64,000 bases of DNA from Escherichia phage JoYop, in the sequence record OR769032.1; one strand, written 5' to 3'. This document shows, one piece after another, positions 39,492-48,026 of this stretch. How positions within the stretch are numbered: position 1 is the stretch's first letter; each line of letters opens with the position of its first letter. The notes beneath the pieces were generated by a model. The model saw only the letters and a list, made by a program, of their open reading frames with translations, was not told the origin of the DNA and made no database searches. Both the position numbers and the translations under genes were made by a program.

Positions 39492-39793
39492 TAGTATTTT
39501 TCCTCTGGTTGGAACACAGCACGGCAAGCCCACATACTTGCTTCTTTGAGTTTCGTTTTAGCAATAGTTAACTGATCGAGGCTTTCGGCGTAATTCTTCG
39601 CGAGTTCATCATCTTCACAGCTATCAAATGCTTCCCAAAATTCATCGTATAAAGCATCAAAGATAAGTCCTAAACGAACTTCAGCGTCTTTGATAGCATT
39701 TACTTTACCGATTTTTTCGTCGGTATGTGGCTTATAACCTTTAATATCTTCAATCATATTTGACTTCCTCACCAGTGCATAAATCGTATTCAA
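39491..39793 (-). CDS. hypothetical small helical protein (vs.4 position; Acb2-type sponge candidate)
   Basis: 100 aa; second gene after regB, the position of T4 vs.4. Confidence 0.45.
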   Translation of the reverse strand: MNTIYALVRKSNMIEDIKGYKPHTDEKIGKVNAIKDAEVRLGLIFDALYDEFWEAFDSCEDDELAKNYAESLDQLTIAKTKLKEASMWACRAVFQPEEKY

Positions 39794-39971
39794 CTAAACG
39801 AATAGGTTCATGAATGCCATATCCTTGAACAGATATTTCTGTCGTAGGATAAATTCCATCAATATCACCCATATTCCACGCTTCATTAAATTGCTGTTCG
39901 CCTGAATTACTAAACCACTCGGCGAAAGCATTTAGCACATCTTTAGAACCTTCAATAATTATCTTTGCCAT
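39750..39971 (-). CDS. hypothetical protein
   Basis: 73-aa ORF. Confidence 0.45.
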   Translation of the reverse strand: MAKIIIEGSKDVLNAFAEWFSNSGEQQFNEAWNMGDIDGIYPTTEISVQGYGIHEPIRLVEYDLCTGEEVKYD

Positions 39972-40333
39972 TACAGACTCTCGGTAAAGGTACGAGCGAT
40001 AACGTCGCGCTGCTGTTCCGGAGTCAGAGAGTTAAAGCGAACTGCATAACCTGATACACGGATGGTCAGCTGCGGATATTTTTCCGGATGCTTAACTGCA
40101 TCTTCCAGAGTTTCACGACGCAGAACGTTAACGTTCAGGTGCTGACCACCTTCAATTTTAACTGTAGGCTGTGGCTCAATTTCAATTTCACGGGCATGCA
40201 AACCATAGAAAATTTCTGGGTCTACAAAAGAGTCCTCTTTAAAGGTTTTAGAAACGATAATTCGTGCTTGAATACCATCTTCAAAATAAATAGTACCTTT
40301 GTGCGTGCCTTCAAGAATTTGATATGCTTTCAT
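39971..40333 (-). CDS. autonomous glycyl-radical cofactor (GrcA/YfiD-like)
   Basis: 120 aa; C-terminal [28 protein letters not shown] carries the RVSGY glycyl-radical motif. Confidence 0.8.
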   Translation of the reverse strand: MKAYQILEGTHKGTIYFEDGIQARIIVSKTFKEDSFVDPEIFYGLHAREIEIEPQPTVKIEGGQHLNVNVLRRETLEDAVKHPEKYPQLTIRVSGYAVRFNSLTPEQQRDVIARTFTESL

Positions 40334-40340
40334 ATAAACC

Positions 40341-40721
40341 TCAATTAGAAAATAAATTTATCCAAGATTGTTCTTTAATTAAAAATGGCTCAGAATCATA
40401 TGCCATTAAACTCTGGGTAATTAATCCTTTAAATGGTCCATCAATAAATTCCATTGTAAAATATGGAATTTTATTCATTAACCGTGCATTAGGAGCAGTG
40501 CACAAAACTCTGCATCCTTTGAATACGCCTTTCTGCAATTTATACTGCTTAGGATAAAATTCGCTCAAAATGTTGTTATTTGCCAAAATTTCAAAATGAT
40601 TCACCAATTTATTTTTAATAGTTTTTGGCGAAAAATAAAGATATTCGAAAAGCTGTGCATCTGTCATCATTGCATTCCGATTACGAAAAACTGTGGACGA
40701 GTAATACCACCAATGCAGCAT
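40341..40721 (-). CDS. hypothetical protein
   Basis: 126-aa ORF; true start uncertain. Confidence 0.45.
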   Translation of the reverse strand: MLHWWYYSSTVFRNRNAMMTDAQLFEYLYFSPKTIKNKLVNHFEILANNNILSEFYPKQYKLQKGVFKGCRVLCTAPNARLMNKIPYFTMEFIDGPFKGLITQSLMAYDSEPFLIKEQSWINLFSN

Positions 40722-41206
40722 TTACTTTTACAGCAATGTTGCACAGTGTCAATATGAATGTCGTAAATCTTATCCATATCAGGAGATTTAACGGGCTCAT
40801 CAATTATATACAAAATTCGTGAAAGCGATAAACCTCTGAACTTGCTTCCTTTATTACCAATAAAACTGCGCACAGAATCAGTAAATAAACGAAAACGTAT
40901 ATCATCGTTAGAATAACGCGAAAATTCCTTTTTAATGTTATTTGCAGAAATTTTAGCGTAAGCTGAAGTATTAGAAAGAACAATAACTGTTCCGCCATCA
41001 TACAACCAATTGGCAGCAAAATTAGTCACAGCAATTGATTTACCGGATTGACGTCCACCGTCAAGTCGAAGTGTGCAGTACTGTTTAAGTAAGTCTTCAA
41101 ATGGCGGGATATATTCGTTTTTACAAATTTCTTCTACTCTAGCATCAGAATGGTGTGTAAAAGCATTCATCAGGGATAGATAAGGACCAGTCAAAAATGT
41201 TCTCAT
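40667..41206 (-). CDS. small P-loop protein
   Basis: Start at ATG 41204-41206 (MRTFLTGPY); Walker A-like GGRQSGKS and Walker B-like ILYIIDEP. Confidence 0.5.
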   Translation of the reverse strand: MRTFLTGPYLSLMNAFTHHSDARVEEICKNEYIPPFEDLLKQYCTLRLDGGRQSGKSIAVTNFAANWLYDGGTVIVLSNTSAYAKISANNIKKEFSRYSNDDIRFRLFTDSVRSFIGNKGSKFRGLSLSRILYIIDEPVKSPDMDKIYDIHIDTVQHCCKSKCCIGGITRPQFFVIGMQ

Positions 41207-41270
41207 TTTGTTCTCTCTAGATTTGGGCCATTCCATGGCGCATGAATTGTCCATTCCTGTATTTACCCCT

Positions 41271-41316
41271 CCAAGTAATTATGAATATACTATCACAATT
41301 CTAGGAGAAAGTAAAC
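41271..41316 (-). promoter_or_regulatory. T4-type early promoter
   Basis: GTTTAC 41311-41316 with a -10 block in 41271-41295. Confidence 0.45.
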
Positions 41317-41318
41317 TG

Positions 41319-41621
41319 TTATTTACCTTTAATTACTTTAGCTGCTTCGATAGCCGCTTGCTGAAGGTCATCCATAGACATACCGAATTTAGAAGCAAAG
41401 TTATCAATTTTCTTTTCGACAGCATTCAAAGGCTTGGCCTGTTTACCTTCATTAGCGCCAGGAAGAGCGAGAATACGCTCTTTGTCAATATAAAGGCTTA
41501 CAAGTTTCTTACGGTCTTTATCGGACAAATCATGAAATGAATGGGCCTTTTTATTTATAGCGGCTTCTAATTTACCTGCACTCACTCGCGCTTCAGTAAT
41601 AAATTCTTGATAGGTTTTCAT
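41319..41621 (-). CDS. ipII: internal protein II-like
   Basis: 100 aa; N-terminal capsid-targeting sequence MKTYQEFITEA; length matches T4 IPII. Confidence 0.75.
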   Translation of the reverse strand: MKTYQEFITEARVSAGKLEAAINKKAHSFHDLSDKDRKKLVSLYIDKERILALPGANEGKQAKPLNAVEKKIDNFASKFGMSMDDLQQAAIEAAKVIKGK

Positions 41622-41661
41622 ATGTTTCCTTTAATGTAAATAGATTTGAGTATTCGTTTTA

Positions 41662-42240
41662 TTAGGAATTACGGGCTGCATTAGCAACGGCGTAAGCGTA
41701 CTGAATATTGACGTCTTTAAACGTACCTTTGGAGGTATCTATTTCTGCCTTAAAGCCGCCTTTAGTCATAACATCGGCAAATTCTTTACGGAAAGCCATT
41801 GCATCAAGACCTTTCCATGATGATTTATGCTTAGCAAATTCAAGACCAGCGTAGTTGACAGCCTTAGCTAATTTATTATCAATAACCCATTTACCGGCTT
41901 TAGGTACAAACACTGGGCCTTTCTGTTTAGAGAATAGTTTTAAATTCCAACGACGAAGGTCACCGTCAGCTTTAACAAAAGCTGCGTCCAAGTTACTAGC
42001 AACAACATCTTGAATATGGCCAAATTTAAGCCCATCAACTTCAATATTTAGATCAGTACGCCAGCGAAGTCCTTCCCAAGCGAAAGCTTTAAAGTCAGAA
42101 GCTTTTGTAGCTAAGTACCGTTCAATAGGAGCCGTTTTAGGGTCAAAGCCGTTTCCCGATCGATAGGTCCACTCATCTTTATTAATGCCTTTGGCCTTTT
42201 CCACAGAAGCTTCAGCGATAAATTCTTTATACGTTTTCAT
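41662..42240 (-). CDS. ipIII: internal protein III-like
   Basis: 192 aa; N-terminus MKTYKEFIAEA; length matches T4 IPIII. Confidence 0.75.
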   Translation of the reverse strand: MKTYKEFIAEASVEKAKGINKDEWTYRSGNGFDPKTAPIERYLATKASDFKAFAWEGLRWRTDLNIEVDGLKFGHIQDVVASNLDAAFVKADGDLRRWNLKLFSKQKGPVFVPKAGKWVIDNKLAKAVNYAGLEFAKHKSSWKGLDAMAFRKEFADVMTKGGFKAEIDTSKGTFKDVNIQYAYAVANAARNS

Positions 42241-42259
42241 GTGTTTCCTTGTTTGTTTT

Positions 42260-42298
42260 GATAGAGTAATTATACCATATTAATACTTAAGCGTAAAC
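42260..42298 (-). promoter_or_regulatory. T4-type early promoter
   Basis: GTTTAC 42293-42298 with tggtataat -10. Confidence 0.45.
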
Positions 42299-42301
42299 TG
42301 T

Positions 42302-42562
42302 TTAAGCTTTACCGCCAGAAATAATTCCGAAGTTGTTAAAATCGTATCCAATATCGTCAACATCTACTTTAGGGCTTGCTACAACATAAGCAATTTCACT
42401 ACGTTTTGCATAGGTGTTTATTTCTTTACCATCACCGCCTAGGAAAGAATACCCATTACGTTTTAATGAGCCAAAGTCTTCCGCATCACCAATGAAAGCT
42501 TTAACTTTAAATTTAGGACCTTTGGCATCTGCTTCAGTGATAAATTCTTGATACATTTTCAT
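42302..42562 (-). CDS. internal-protein-like small protein
   Basis: 86 aa; N-terminus MKMYQEFITEA matches the IP capsid-targeting motif. Confidence 0.6.
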   Translation of the reverse strand: MKMYQEFITEADAKGPKFKVKAFIGDAEDFGSLKRNGYSFLGGDGKEINTYAKRSEIAYVVASPKVDVDDIGYDFNNFGIISGGKA

Positions 42563-42568
42563 TTTTCC

Positions 42569-42982
42569 TTAGTAAATTGATTTACCATAGTATTTGTACC
42601 AAGTAGGACGTTGAGCAATTTTTTCGTCTAAGCGTGCTTGACTTATCGCAATGGACGCTTCGGACGGGACATAATTATTACGAAATTCGGCAGGGATGTC
42701 AGAAATATCCTGGACAGATGTGTCCTTGATTTTGAAACCACGTTTCAAGCATTCGGCGATTAGCTCGATTTGACGTAAACGTAAAAATTCAAGTTTGTCG
42801 TAAAAGAATGTTACATGACCTGTGCCTAAGATAAATGTTGGAGAGATTTTAAAATCCTTTACACGTTTACCGTTTTGAACATGTTTACGGACTGCACCAA
42901 ATACGCGTGGTAATTCACGATACTCAGCCATAAGATGTTGGTCGGTCAGTTCAGAAACAAGTGTTAAATTGATACGAGTCAT
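42569..42982 (-). CDS. denV: endonuclease V (pyrimidine dimer DNA glycosylase)
   Basis: Start at [12 protein letters not shown] (138 aa); matches T4 DenV as recalled. Confidence 0.92.
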   Translation of the reverse strand: MTRINLTLVSELTDQHLMAEYRELPRVFGAVRKHVQNGKRVKDFKISPTFILGTGHVTFFYDKLEFLRLRQIELIAECLKRGFKIKDTSVQDISDIPAEFRNNYVPSEASIAISQARLDEKIAQRPTWYKYYGKSIY

Positions 42983-42997
42983 AATTTCCTCCAAGTA

Positions 42998-43039
42998 GTT
43001 GATGAATGTATAGTATCAAAGTCCTTGGAGGAAGTAAAC
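42998..43039 (-). promoter_or_regulatory. T4-type early promoter upstream of denV
   Basis: GTTTAC 43034-43039 with a -10 block at 42998-43018. Confidence 0.45.
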
Positions 43040-43040
43040 A

Positions 43041-43322
43041 CTATTTTTCTGAAGCGCCTGAAATATATTTTTCAAGACGTTGTTTCATCAGCGAGCCGTT
43101 CTTAGCGATTTCTTCCGGTTTATCGCACATACGCAACAAAGCTTCAAGCTTAACGATATCACTGGTACGTTCAAATTTGCGAGTATCTATCTTACTAGCA
43201 AGTTCAGAAATACGTGCTAATAGACTTTCGGCTTCAACCAAAGCTGCACCTAGCTTAGTTGCAAATGTGTCAGTAGCTTCGTTAAGAATAGATTCTGATA
43301 AAAATTCACTATATGTTTTCAT
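43041..43322 (-). CDS. internal-protein-like small protein
   Basis: ATG 43320-43322 ([11 protein letters not shown]), overlapping the e stop; 93 aa. Confidence 0.6.
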   Translation of the reverse strand: MKTYSEFLSESILNEATDTFATKLGAALVEAESLLARISELASKIDTRKFERTSDIVKLEALLRMCDKPEEIAKNGSLMKQRLEKYISGASEK

Positions 43323-43807
43323 ATATACGCTTTCCAAGTTCCTGTTTTAAATGTTGAGATTACGCGTTTCGCGCGATTAGGTGTCTGACGGTACCATTTA
43401 GATTGGGCTAGATTTACTGCCGCTTCATCCCAACGTTTCTGTTGAAGCATACGAAGAGAATTAGTAAAACCAGCGACGCCTGCTACACCCATTTGGAAGA
43501 CCATATTGACCAACGCACATCGACGAACTGCATCTAAAGAATCATATACCGGTTTAAGTTTAGCATTACCCAAGATTCCGCGAACGGCTTTATCAACGTC
43601 TTCATTAAATAGCTTTTCAGCCTCATCAAGGGTAATTGTACCGTTGCATTTACGTCCGATCATTCTGTCAAGTTCAGCTTTAGCTACGGCTAAAGACGGG
43701 TTCTTTGTTACTAAATGGCCTATGCCAATCGTCCAAAAGCCTTCAGTGTCTTTGTATAAAGTCAGTCTAAGACCTTCATCTATACGTAACATTTCAAATA
43801 TATTCAT
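43319..43807 (-). CDS. e: lysozyme (endolysin)
   Basis: 162 aa; [15 protein letters not shown]...TIGIGH; near-identical to T4 lysozyme as recalled. Confidence 0.95.
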   Translation of the reverse strand: MNIFEMLRIDEGLRLTLYKDTEGFWTIGIGHLVTKNPSLAVAKAELDRMIGRKCNGTITLDEAEKLFNEDVDKAVRGILGNAKLKPVYDSLDAVRRCALVNMVFQMGVAGVAGFTNSLRMLQQKRWDEAAVNLAQSKWYRQTPNRAKRVISTFKTGTWKAYI

Positions 43808-43843
43808 AATACCTCCTAAGTATTTATAGAAGGTATTTATAAA

Positions 43844-44284
43844 TTAAAAGAGGCTGTTCATTATTCGGTAAAGTGAAGGACCCATCACATATTGCCACTG
43901 AGTACGAGGAATAAGAGCAAAAGCGTCCATCTCTGGAATCATAACGCCATCTTTATTTTCAAAATAAGACTCACAATGGCAATTTCTGAACATCTCATGC
44001 TCTACTGGAATCATATAATAAAATAGCTGTAAGTCTTTATTACTAGAATATTTAAATACACCTAGGTCTTCTAGAAGGTCTGGATTATAATTACTAAAAC
44101 CAGTCTCTTCTAAGCATTCTCTTCGTGCTGCATCTAGTGCGTTTAAATCAGAATTTTCTACACGGCCCTTTGGAATATCCCAACGATGTGCCATCATTCC
44201 AGGCTTACGAGAACCAGTAACCCGACCCATAAATAAATCTTTATCTTCTGTCATAAAGATAATACCAGCTGATAATGTTTTCAT
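43844..44284 (-). CDS. nudE: Nudix hydrolase
   Basis: Nudix box GRVENSDLNALDAARRECLEETGF; follows e as in T4. Confidence 0.85.
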   Translation of the reverse strand: MKTLSAGIIFMTEDKDLFMGRVTGSRKPGMMAHRWDIPKGRVENSDLNALDAARRECLEETGFSNYNPDLLEDLGVFKYSSNKDLQLFYYMIPVEHEMFRNCHCESYFENKDGVMIPEMDAFALIPRTQWQYVMGPSLYRIMNSLF

Positions 44285-44784
44285 TTTAATTTCCTGCATT
44301 CAGTGATAAAGTTATTTAAATTTTGAGTATATTTCTTTTCATCAAAAATCTTTTGCTGCCTACGTAAACGCCATGGCATTTCAATGAACACGCACCATAT
44401 TCCTGATAATATTGCTGCAGTAAAAATATTAACAAATATAGTACAAAGAGCCCAATCTCCTATTCTGTCCATTGGATTTTTTCCAAAGAAGTAAAATACG
44501 AATGATGACACAGGAAGACTGATAATATACCACAGAAGCATATTCTTGTCTGTAAACCAATCAGCGTTCGTTAACTTAGCGCGACCATTATGAATACACA
44601 CGAATTTATCATCTGTTACAGTAGATGGCTTAACTGGTTGATATCCCATTCTAAACTCCCTAATTAAACAGTTTTTCATATCTTCGGAACAGCCATTCCA
44701 GTCAACTCTATCAACTGAAATGCCATCATCCCCATCATCTAAATCATACCAACGAGTTTTTAAAATCATCTGATTTTCCTGCAA
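44281..44784 (-). CDS. membrane protein, junction-motif family member 1
   Basis: 167 aa; two hydrophobic helices; C-terminus NNFITECRKLK. Confidence 0.55.
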   Translation of the reverse strand: MQENQMILKTRWYDLDDGDDGISVDRVDWNGCSEDMKNCLIREFRMGYQPVKPSTVTDDKFVCIHNGRAKLTNADWFTDKNMLLWYIISLPVSSFVFYFFGKNPMDRIGDWALCTIFVNIFTAAILSGIWCVFIEMPWRLRRQQKIFDEKKYTQNLNNFITECRKLK

Positions 44785-45128
44785 TCACTCACAAACTCTT
44801 TCATTGATTCATTTTCAATATAAGACATGTAGCTGTTATATTCTTTTAATTGTATTTTGTAATCCTTTTTTCTTTGCCAATTTATTTTAAAATTATCATA
44901 ATGAAAATATAACATGATACCAAAGAATGAAAATGATGAAATCGCTATAGTATAATGAAGTTCACTCCAAACTTCTGTTATAATTACTGTGCCATCGATG
45001 TTTAAAATAAAACAGTCAATTAACAATCCAATAAGACTACCCGCAAGAGCTGCAGCCAACGCCACAGCAAAAATTAAAAATGACTCAGGAAACGAATATT
45101 TGACTTTATTTAGTTTTGGCTTTTGCAT
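44766..45128 (-). CDS. membrane protein, junction-motif family member 2
   Basis: 120 aa; two helices; C-terminus KEFVSDCRKIR; overlaps the downstream gene by 19 nt. Confidence 0.55.
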   Translation of the reverse strand: MQKPKLNKVKYSFPESFLIFAVALAAALAGSLIGLLIDCFILNIDGTVIITEVWSELHYTIAISSFSFFGIMLYFHYDNFKINWQRKKDYKIQLKEYNSYMSYIENESMKEFVSDCRKIR

Positions 45129-45523
45129 CGTGATTCCTTAACAAATTTCATAATTTCATCAAATTCATACGCAGCAAGTTTAAGCTGGTGTTCCTTTTTA
45201 ATCTTTTTACACTGTGCTTTCCAATCGCGTATGCGTTTACGATAATGTCTTCCTTGATACCAGTATCCTACCCAATTTACAGGTACTAATAAAAATGGAA
45301 CTATCATTGGAAGAATTAATGTTGACGCAAATATTATATTAGATTCAATATCAGTCATAACATCTATAACTATTCCAACCCCCAGTAGAATTACAAATGA
45401 TACAGCTATTACAGGACCTATTAATACATCAGTAGAAATTAGCTGGCGCTTTAATTCATACTTCAACGGTTTACTTGGAAGATACATTGATGGCTTTGAC
45501 ATATTCTCTACATTCCTTAACAA
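45110..45523 (-). CDS. membrane protein, junction-motif family member 3
   Basis: 137 aa; two helices; C-terminus MKFVKESRCKSQN. Confidence 0.55.
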   Translation of the reverse strand: MLRNVENMSKPSMYLPSKPLKYELKRQLISTDVLIGPVIAVSFVILLGVGIVIDVMTDIESNIIFASTLILPMIVPFLLVPVNWVGYWYQGRHYRKRIRDWKAQCKKIKKEHQLKLAAYEFDEIMKFVKESRCKSQN

Positions 45524-46079
45524 ATTTTTCTAATAATAAATCGCTTTCAAAATTAGGATTTTCCACGAATTTATCAAAAAGATCATCAACAATGGTTAAA
45601 ATATTCTTTTTGCTAAGAATACGTTTATTTTCATGCTTCGTTTCAGAATCAACTATAAGAGTAAAGAAATATTTCTTGCCACGAAATTTTACAGTAGTAT
45701 CAATATAAAATAAATTTGACTTTTGTAAATTACGTTTAAACCATGCGTCACTTAAACTATAAATGCCAAGATAATCATAATCGTCATTTAAATAACAAAC
45801 TGTCCATTCAGGAGAAATGAAATCAGTAAATTCAACATCAAAATCGCATGTCAATGAATGAATTGATTCAATACTTTTAATGAGTATTCCAGGACGTATT
45901 AAAGACTTTTTACCTCTACAAAATCTTCCAGAAAGGCTTTCATCAGTTTCATATGAAGACCCCCAATAGTAATTACGTCCTTCTGCCATGCGTTTAAGAG
46001 CATTTAGTAATTGGTCTGGAACATCAACCTGTCTTTGGAACTCTTCAAACATTGAATTGAAATCACTTTGCATTTTCAT
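45471..46079 (-). CDS. hypothetical protein, junction-motif family member 4
   Basis: 202 aa, soluble; C-terminal EKFVKECREYVK. Confidence 0.55.
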   Translation of the reverse strand: MKMQSDFNSMFEEFQRQVDVPDQLLNALKRMAEGRNYYWGSSYETDESLSGRFCRGKKSLIRPGILIKSIESIHSLTCDFDVEFTDFISPEWTVCYLNDDYDYLGIYSLSDAWFKRNLQKSNLFYIDTTVKFRGKKYFFTLIVDSETKHENKRILSKKNILTIVDDLFDKFVENPNFESDLLLEKFVKECREYVKAINVSSK

Positions 46080-46099
46080 TCCTATTTACTCCAAGTAAT

Positions 46100-46115
46100 A
46101 GGGGCCGAAGCCCCT
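46100..46115 (-). terminator. UUCG-tetraloop hairpin
   Basis: aggggc-cgaa-gcccct. Confidence 0.45.
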
Positions 46116-46120
46116 TATCA

Positions 46121-46714
46121 TTATTTCAGAGAATTAATGTATTCCTGAACATCGGCAGAGGTGGTTTCAACCCCAGAAATATTACCGTTAAAGGTTTCAA
46201 CTCGAGCAAGAGTATCTTCAATATCAACCTTAGTCAGTGCTGCAATTTCAACTACATCATCAGCAGTACTAATTCCAAGGGCATTCGCTGCACGAGTTTC
46301 ACGGATATATTCCAATTTAACTGCAAGTTCTTGGCGAGCATCATCTAACTCAACTACTTTCTTGGCGATTTCAATTCGCATTTCAGCATAACCATCAGCT
46401 TTAGTAGTTAACTGTTCAGCTGTTCGACGATATAACAAGCCGAGTTTAGCATGCATTGTTACATCTTGACCTTCGGAAAGAAGCTTACGAATTTCACGCT
46501 CTTTTGATTCGGCCTGCTTATTCTTTTCGACAATAAGTTCACGAATACGTTTTTCTTCATTAATAGATTTAACAGAAGCAGTTTTTAGGTCTTTAATTTT
46601 ATCAAGTAGTTTTGCTGCTGCAGCAGTATACTGTTCTTCAACAGATAGATTTTTAGCCATAGCAGAACCAAGTTTAGTGCGAATAAACTCAACAATTTTC
46701 TTCAGTGTGTTCAT
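46121..46714 (-). CDS. long alpha-helical coiled-coil protein (PspA/IM30-like candidate)
   Basis: 197 aa; charged heptad-rich sequence throughout; similarity to PspA judged by composition only. Confidence 0.5.
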
Positions 46715-46757
46715 AGTATTTCCTTAGGTTAATTAAGATTTAAAATCCATGAGAGTA

Positions 46758-46934
46758 TTATACTCCGGATAGTTTGTAAACTATTTTAACATCGCCTTTT
46801 GCTGCTTTATAACCTTCAGCCCAAGATACAACCGAGTTTTTATCTGAAGATTCAAATTCTGGCATTGGGCTTTCACCAATGTTCACACAATATGTTTCTT
46901 CATTTTCGTCGAACCAAATAGTTAAAGTAGTCAT
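46758..46934 (-). CDS. hypothetical small protein
   Basis: 58-aa minus ORF MTTLTIWFDENEETY...; hand-translated. Confidence 0.3.
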   Translation of the reverse strand: MTTLTIWFDENEETYCVNIGESPMPEFESSDKNSVVSWAEGYKAAKGDVKIVYKLSGV

Positions 46935-47002
46935 TTATTTCTCCGTTTCTATATTTGTTTTGATAAGTCTATAATAACACCGTCCTTGGTGTTTGTACAC
47001 AA

Positions 47003-47266
47003 TTATTTCATATTATTGAAATATTCTTCTGCGATTTCGTCGTTATCATGGTAAACTTTAGAAGACAGCTTAACATAACCTTCAGCAGTGAACATGTTAA
47101 TCACAACCTTTACAGTATACCACTGACCGTCTTCATTACCCATTACTGCATAGGTTTCAAACATCGGATGGTCAGGACCGATAACTTTAATATCATTCAC
47201 CGTACGACCAAAATCTTCTGAAACACATTTCATAAAGAAGTTGAACAGTTCACCGTAATTATCCAT
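47003..47266 (-). CDS. hypothetical protein
   Basis: Start at ATG 47264-47266 (MDNYGELF) with RBS GGAG; 87 aa; directly behind an early promoter. Confidence 0.55.
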   Translation of the reverse strand: MDNYGELFNFFMKCVSEDFGRTVNDIKVIGPDHPMFETYAVMGNEDGQWYTVKVVINMFTAEGYVKLSSKVYHDNDEIAEEYFNNMK

Positions 47267-47295
47267 TTCGTTCTCCAAGTTGTTTTCTGTATCAG

Positions 47296-47337
47296 TAGTT
47301 GATAGTTGTATAGTACCACAGAAGAACAGGGATGTAA
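47296..47337 (-). promoter_or_regulatory. T4-type early promoter
   Basis: GTTTAC 47332-47337 plus conserved -10 block 47296-47316. Confidence 0.6.
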
Positions 47338-47472
47338 ACAGTTTTGTGAAAAAATTTTTAAAAAGTTTTGGGGAATTCTAGGGCAGGGAGGGGCAATTAA
47401 AGGATAGGATAATATATTATAAAGGGTAGAAACTAAATGATGCCTAGAGAGGCCCGGAAAGGCCTAGATATC

Positions 47473-47497
47473 AAAAACCCCAACCTTTCGGCTGAGG
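47473..47497 (-). terminator. rho-independent terminator downstream of the IP-like gene
   Basis: On minus strand CCUCAGCC-GAAA-GGUUGGGG plus U-run; pairing needs G-U wobbles so works only on the minus transcript. Confidence 0.6.
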
Positions 47498-47506
47498 CTA
47501 AGAATG

Positions 47507-47980
47507 TTATTTGATTTGTTTAGCAGACCAAATGCGGTCTTTAATAATTTTTTGGATGTCTTCAACATACTCAAGAGAGTGAACATGCGGGTTATCTTTG
47601 AAACTATAAGCACGAGCTAGCTTTTGGCCTTCAGTTTTGATTACTAAAAGCTCTTTAAGGATAGCTTCATATTTGGAAATAATTCCTTTAACAATATTTT
47701 TCTCTTGTGCGACTTTAGGATCTGCTTTAGGAGCAGGTTTACCTGAAGCTTTTGCAAAAGCAGCTCCAGTAGCAACTAAACTTTTCCAAGCCATACTAAC
47801 TGCATTTCCCGTAAATCCTTCTGCTTTCATATCGCGAGCAAATTGGAATCGCGATTCATCAGAAGCATCTTTATAGGAATATTTACCCGCGGCAATGGCA
47901 GCTTTTGCGACAGCTTGAATTTCGGTGCTAGATGCTTCATTTAACACCGCTTCATTTAAAAATTGAGCATATGATTTCAT
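47507..47980 (-). CDS. internal-protein-like protein with capsid-targeting N-terminus
   Basis: 157 aa; MKSYAQFLNEA; RBS AGGAAA; own late promoter upstream; bounded by terminators on both sides. Confidence 0.65.
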   Translation of the reverse strand: MKSYAQFLNEAVLNEASSTEIQAVAKAAIAAGKYSYKDASDESRFQFARDMKAEGFTGNAVSMAWKSLVATGAAFAKASGKPAPKADPKVAQEKNIVKGIISKYEAILKELLVIKTEGQKLARAYSFKDNPHVHSLEYVEDIQKIIKDRIWSAKQIK

Positions 47981-48016
47981 CTTATTTCCTGTTTTAATTC
48001 GGGGTTTTAATATACT

Positions 48017-48024
48017 TATTTATA
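48017..48024 (-). promoter_or_regulatory. T4-type late promoter (TATAAATA)
   Basis: tatttata on plus = TATAAATA on minus, about 37 nt upstream of the ATG at 47980. Confidence 0.5.
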
Positions 48025-48026
48025 CT

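Noticed and set aside
6968-46115. Recurrent gggccgaagccc-type palindromes that could be mistaken for CRISPR repeats or transposon ends
   Set aside because: Each is a single short hairpin in an intergenic gap with a UUCG tetraloop on the transcribed strand; no regular spacing, so they are RNA stability or terminator elements.
47401-47466. G-rich tract gggcagggaggggc followed by the ggcccggaaaggcc palindrome
   Set aside because: No ORF and no clear promoter; possibly an extra hairpin upstream of the 47473-47497 terminator, but evidence is too weak to call.
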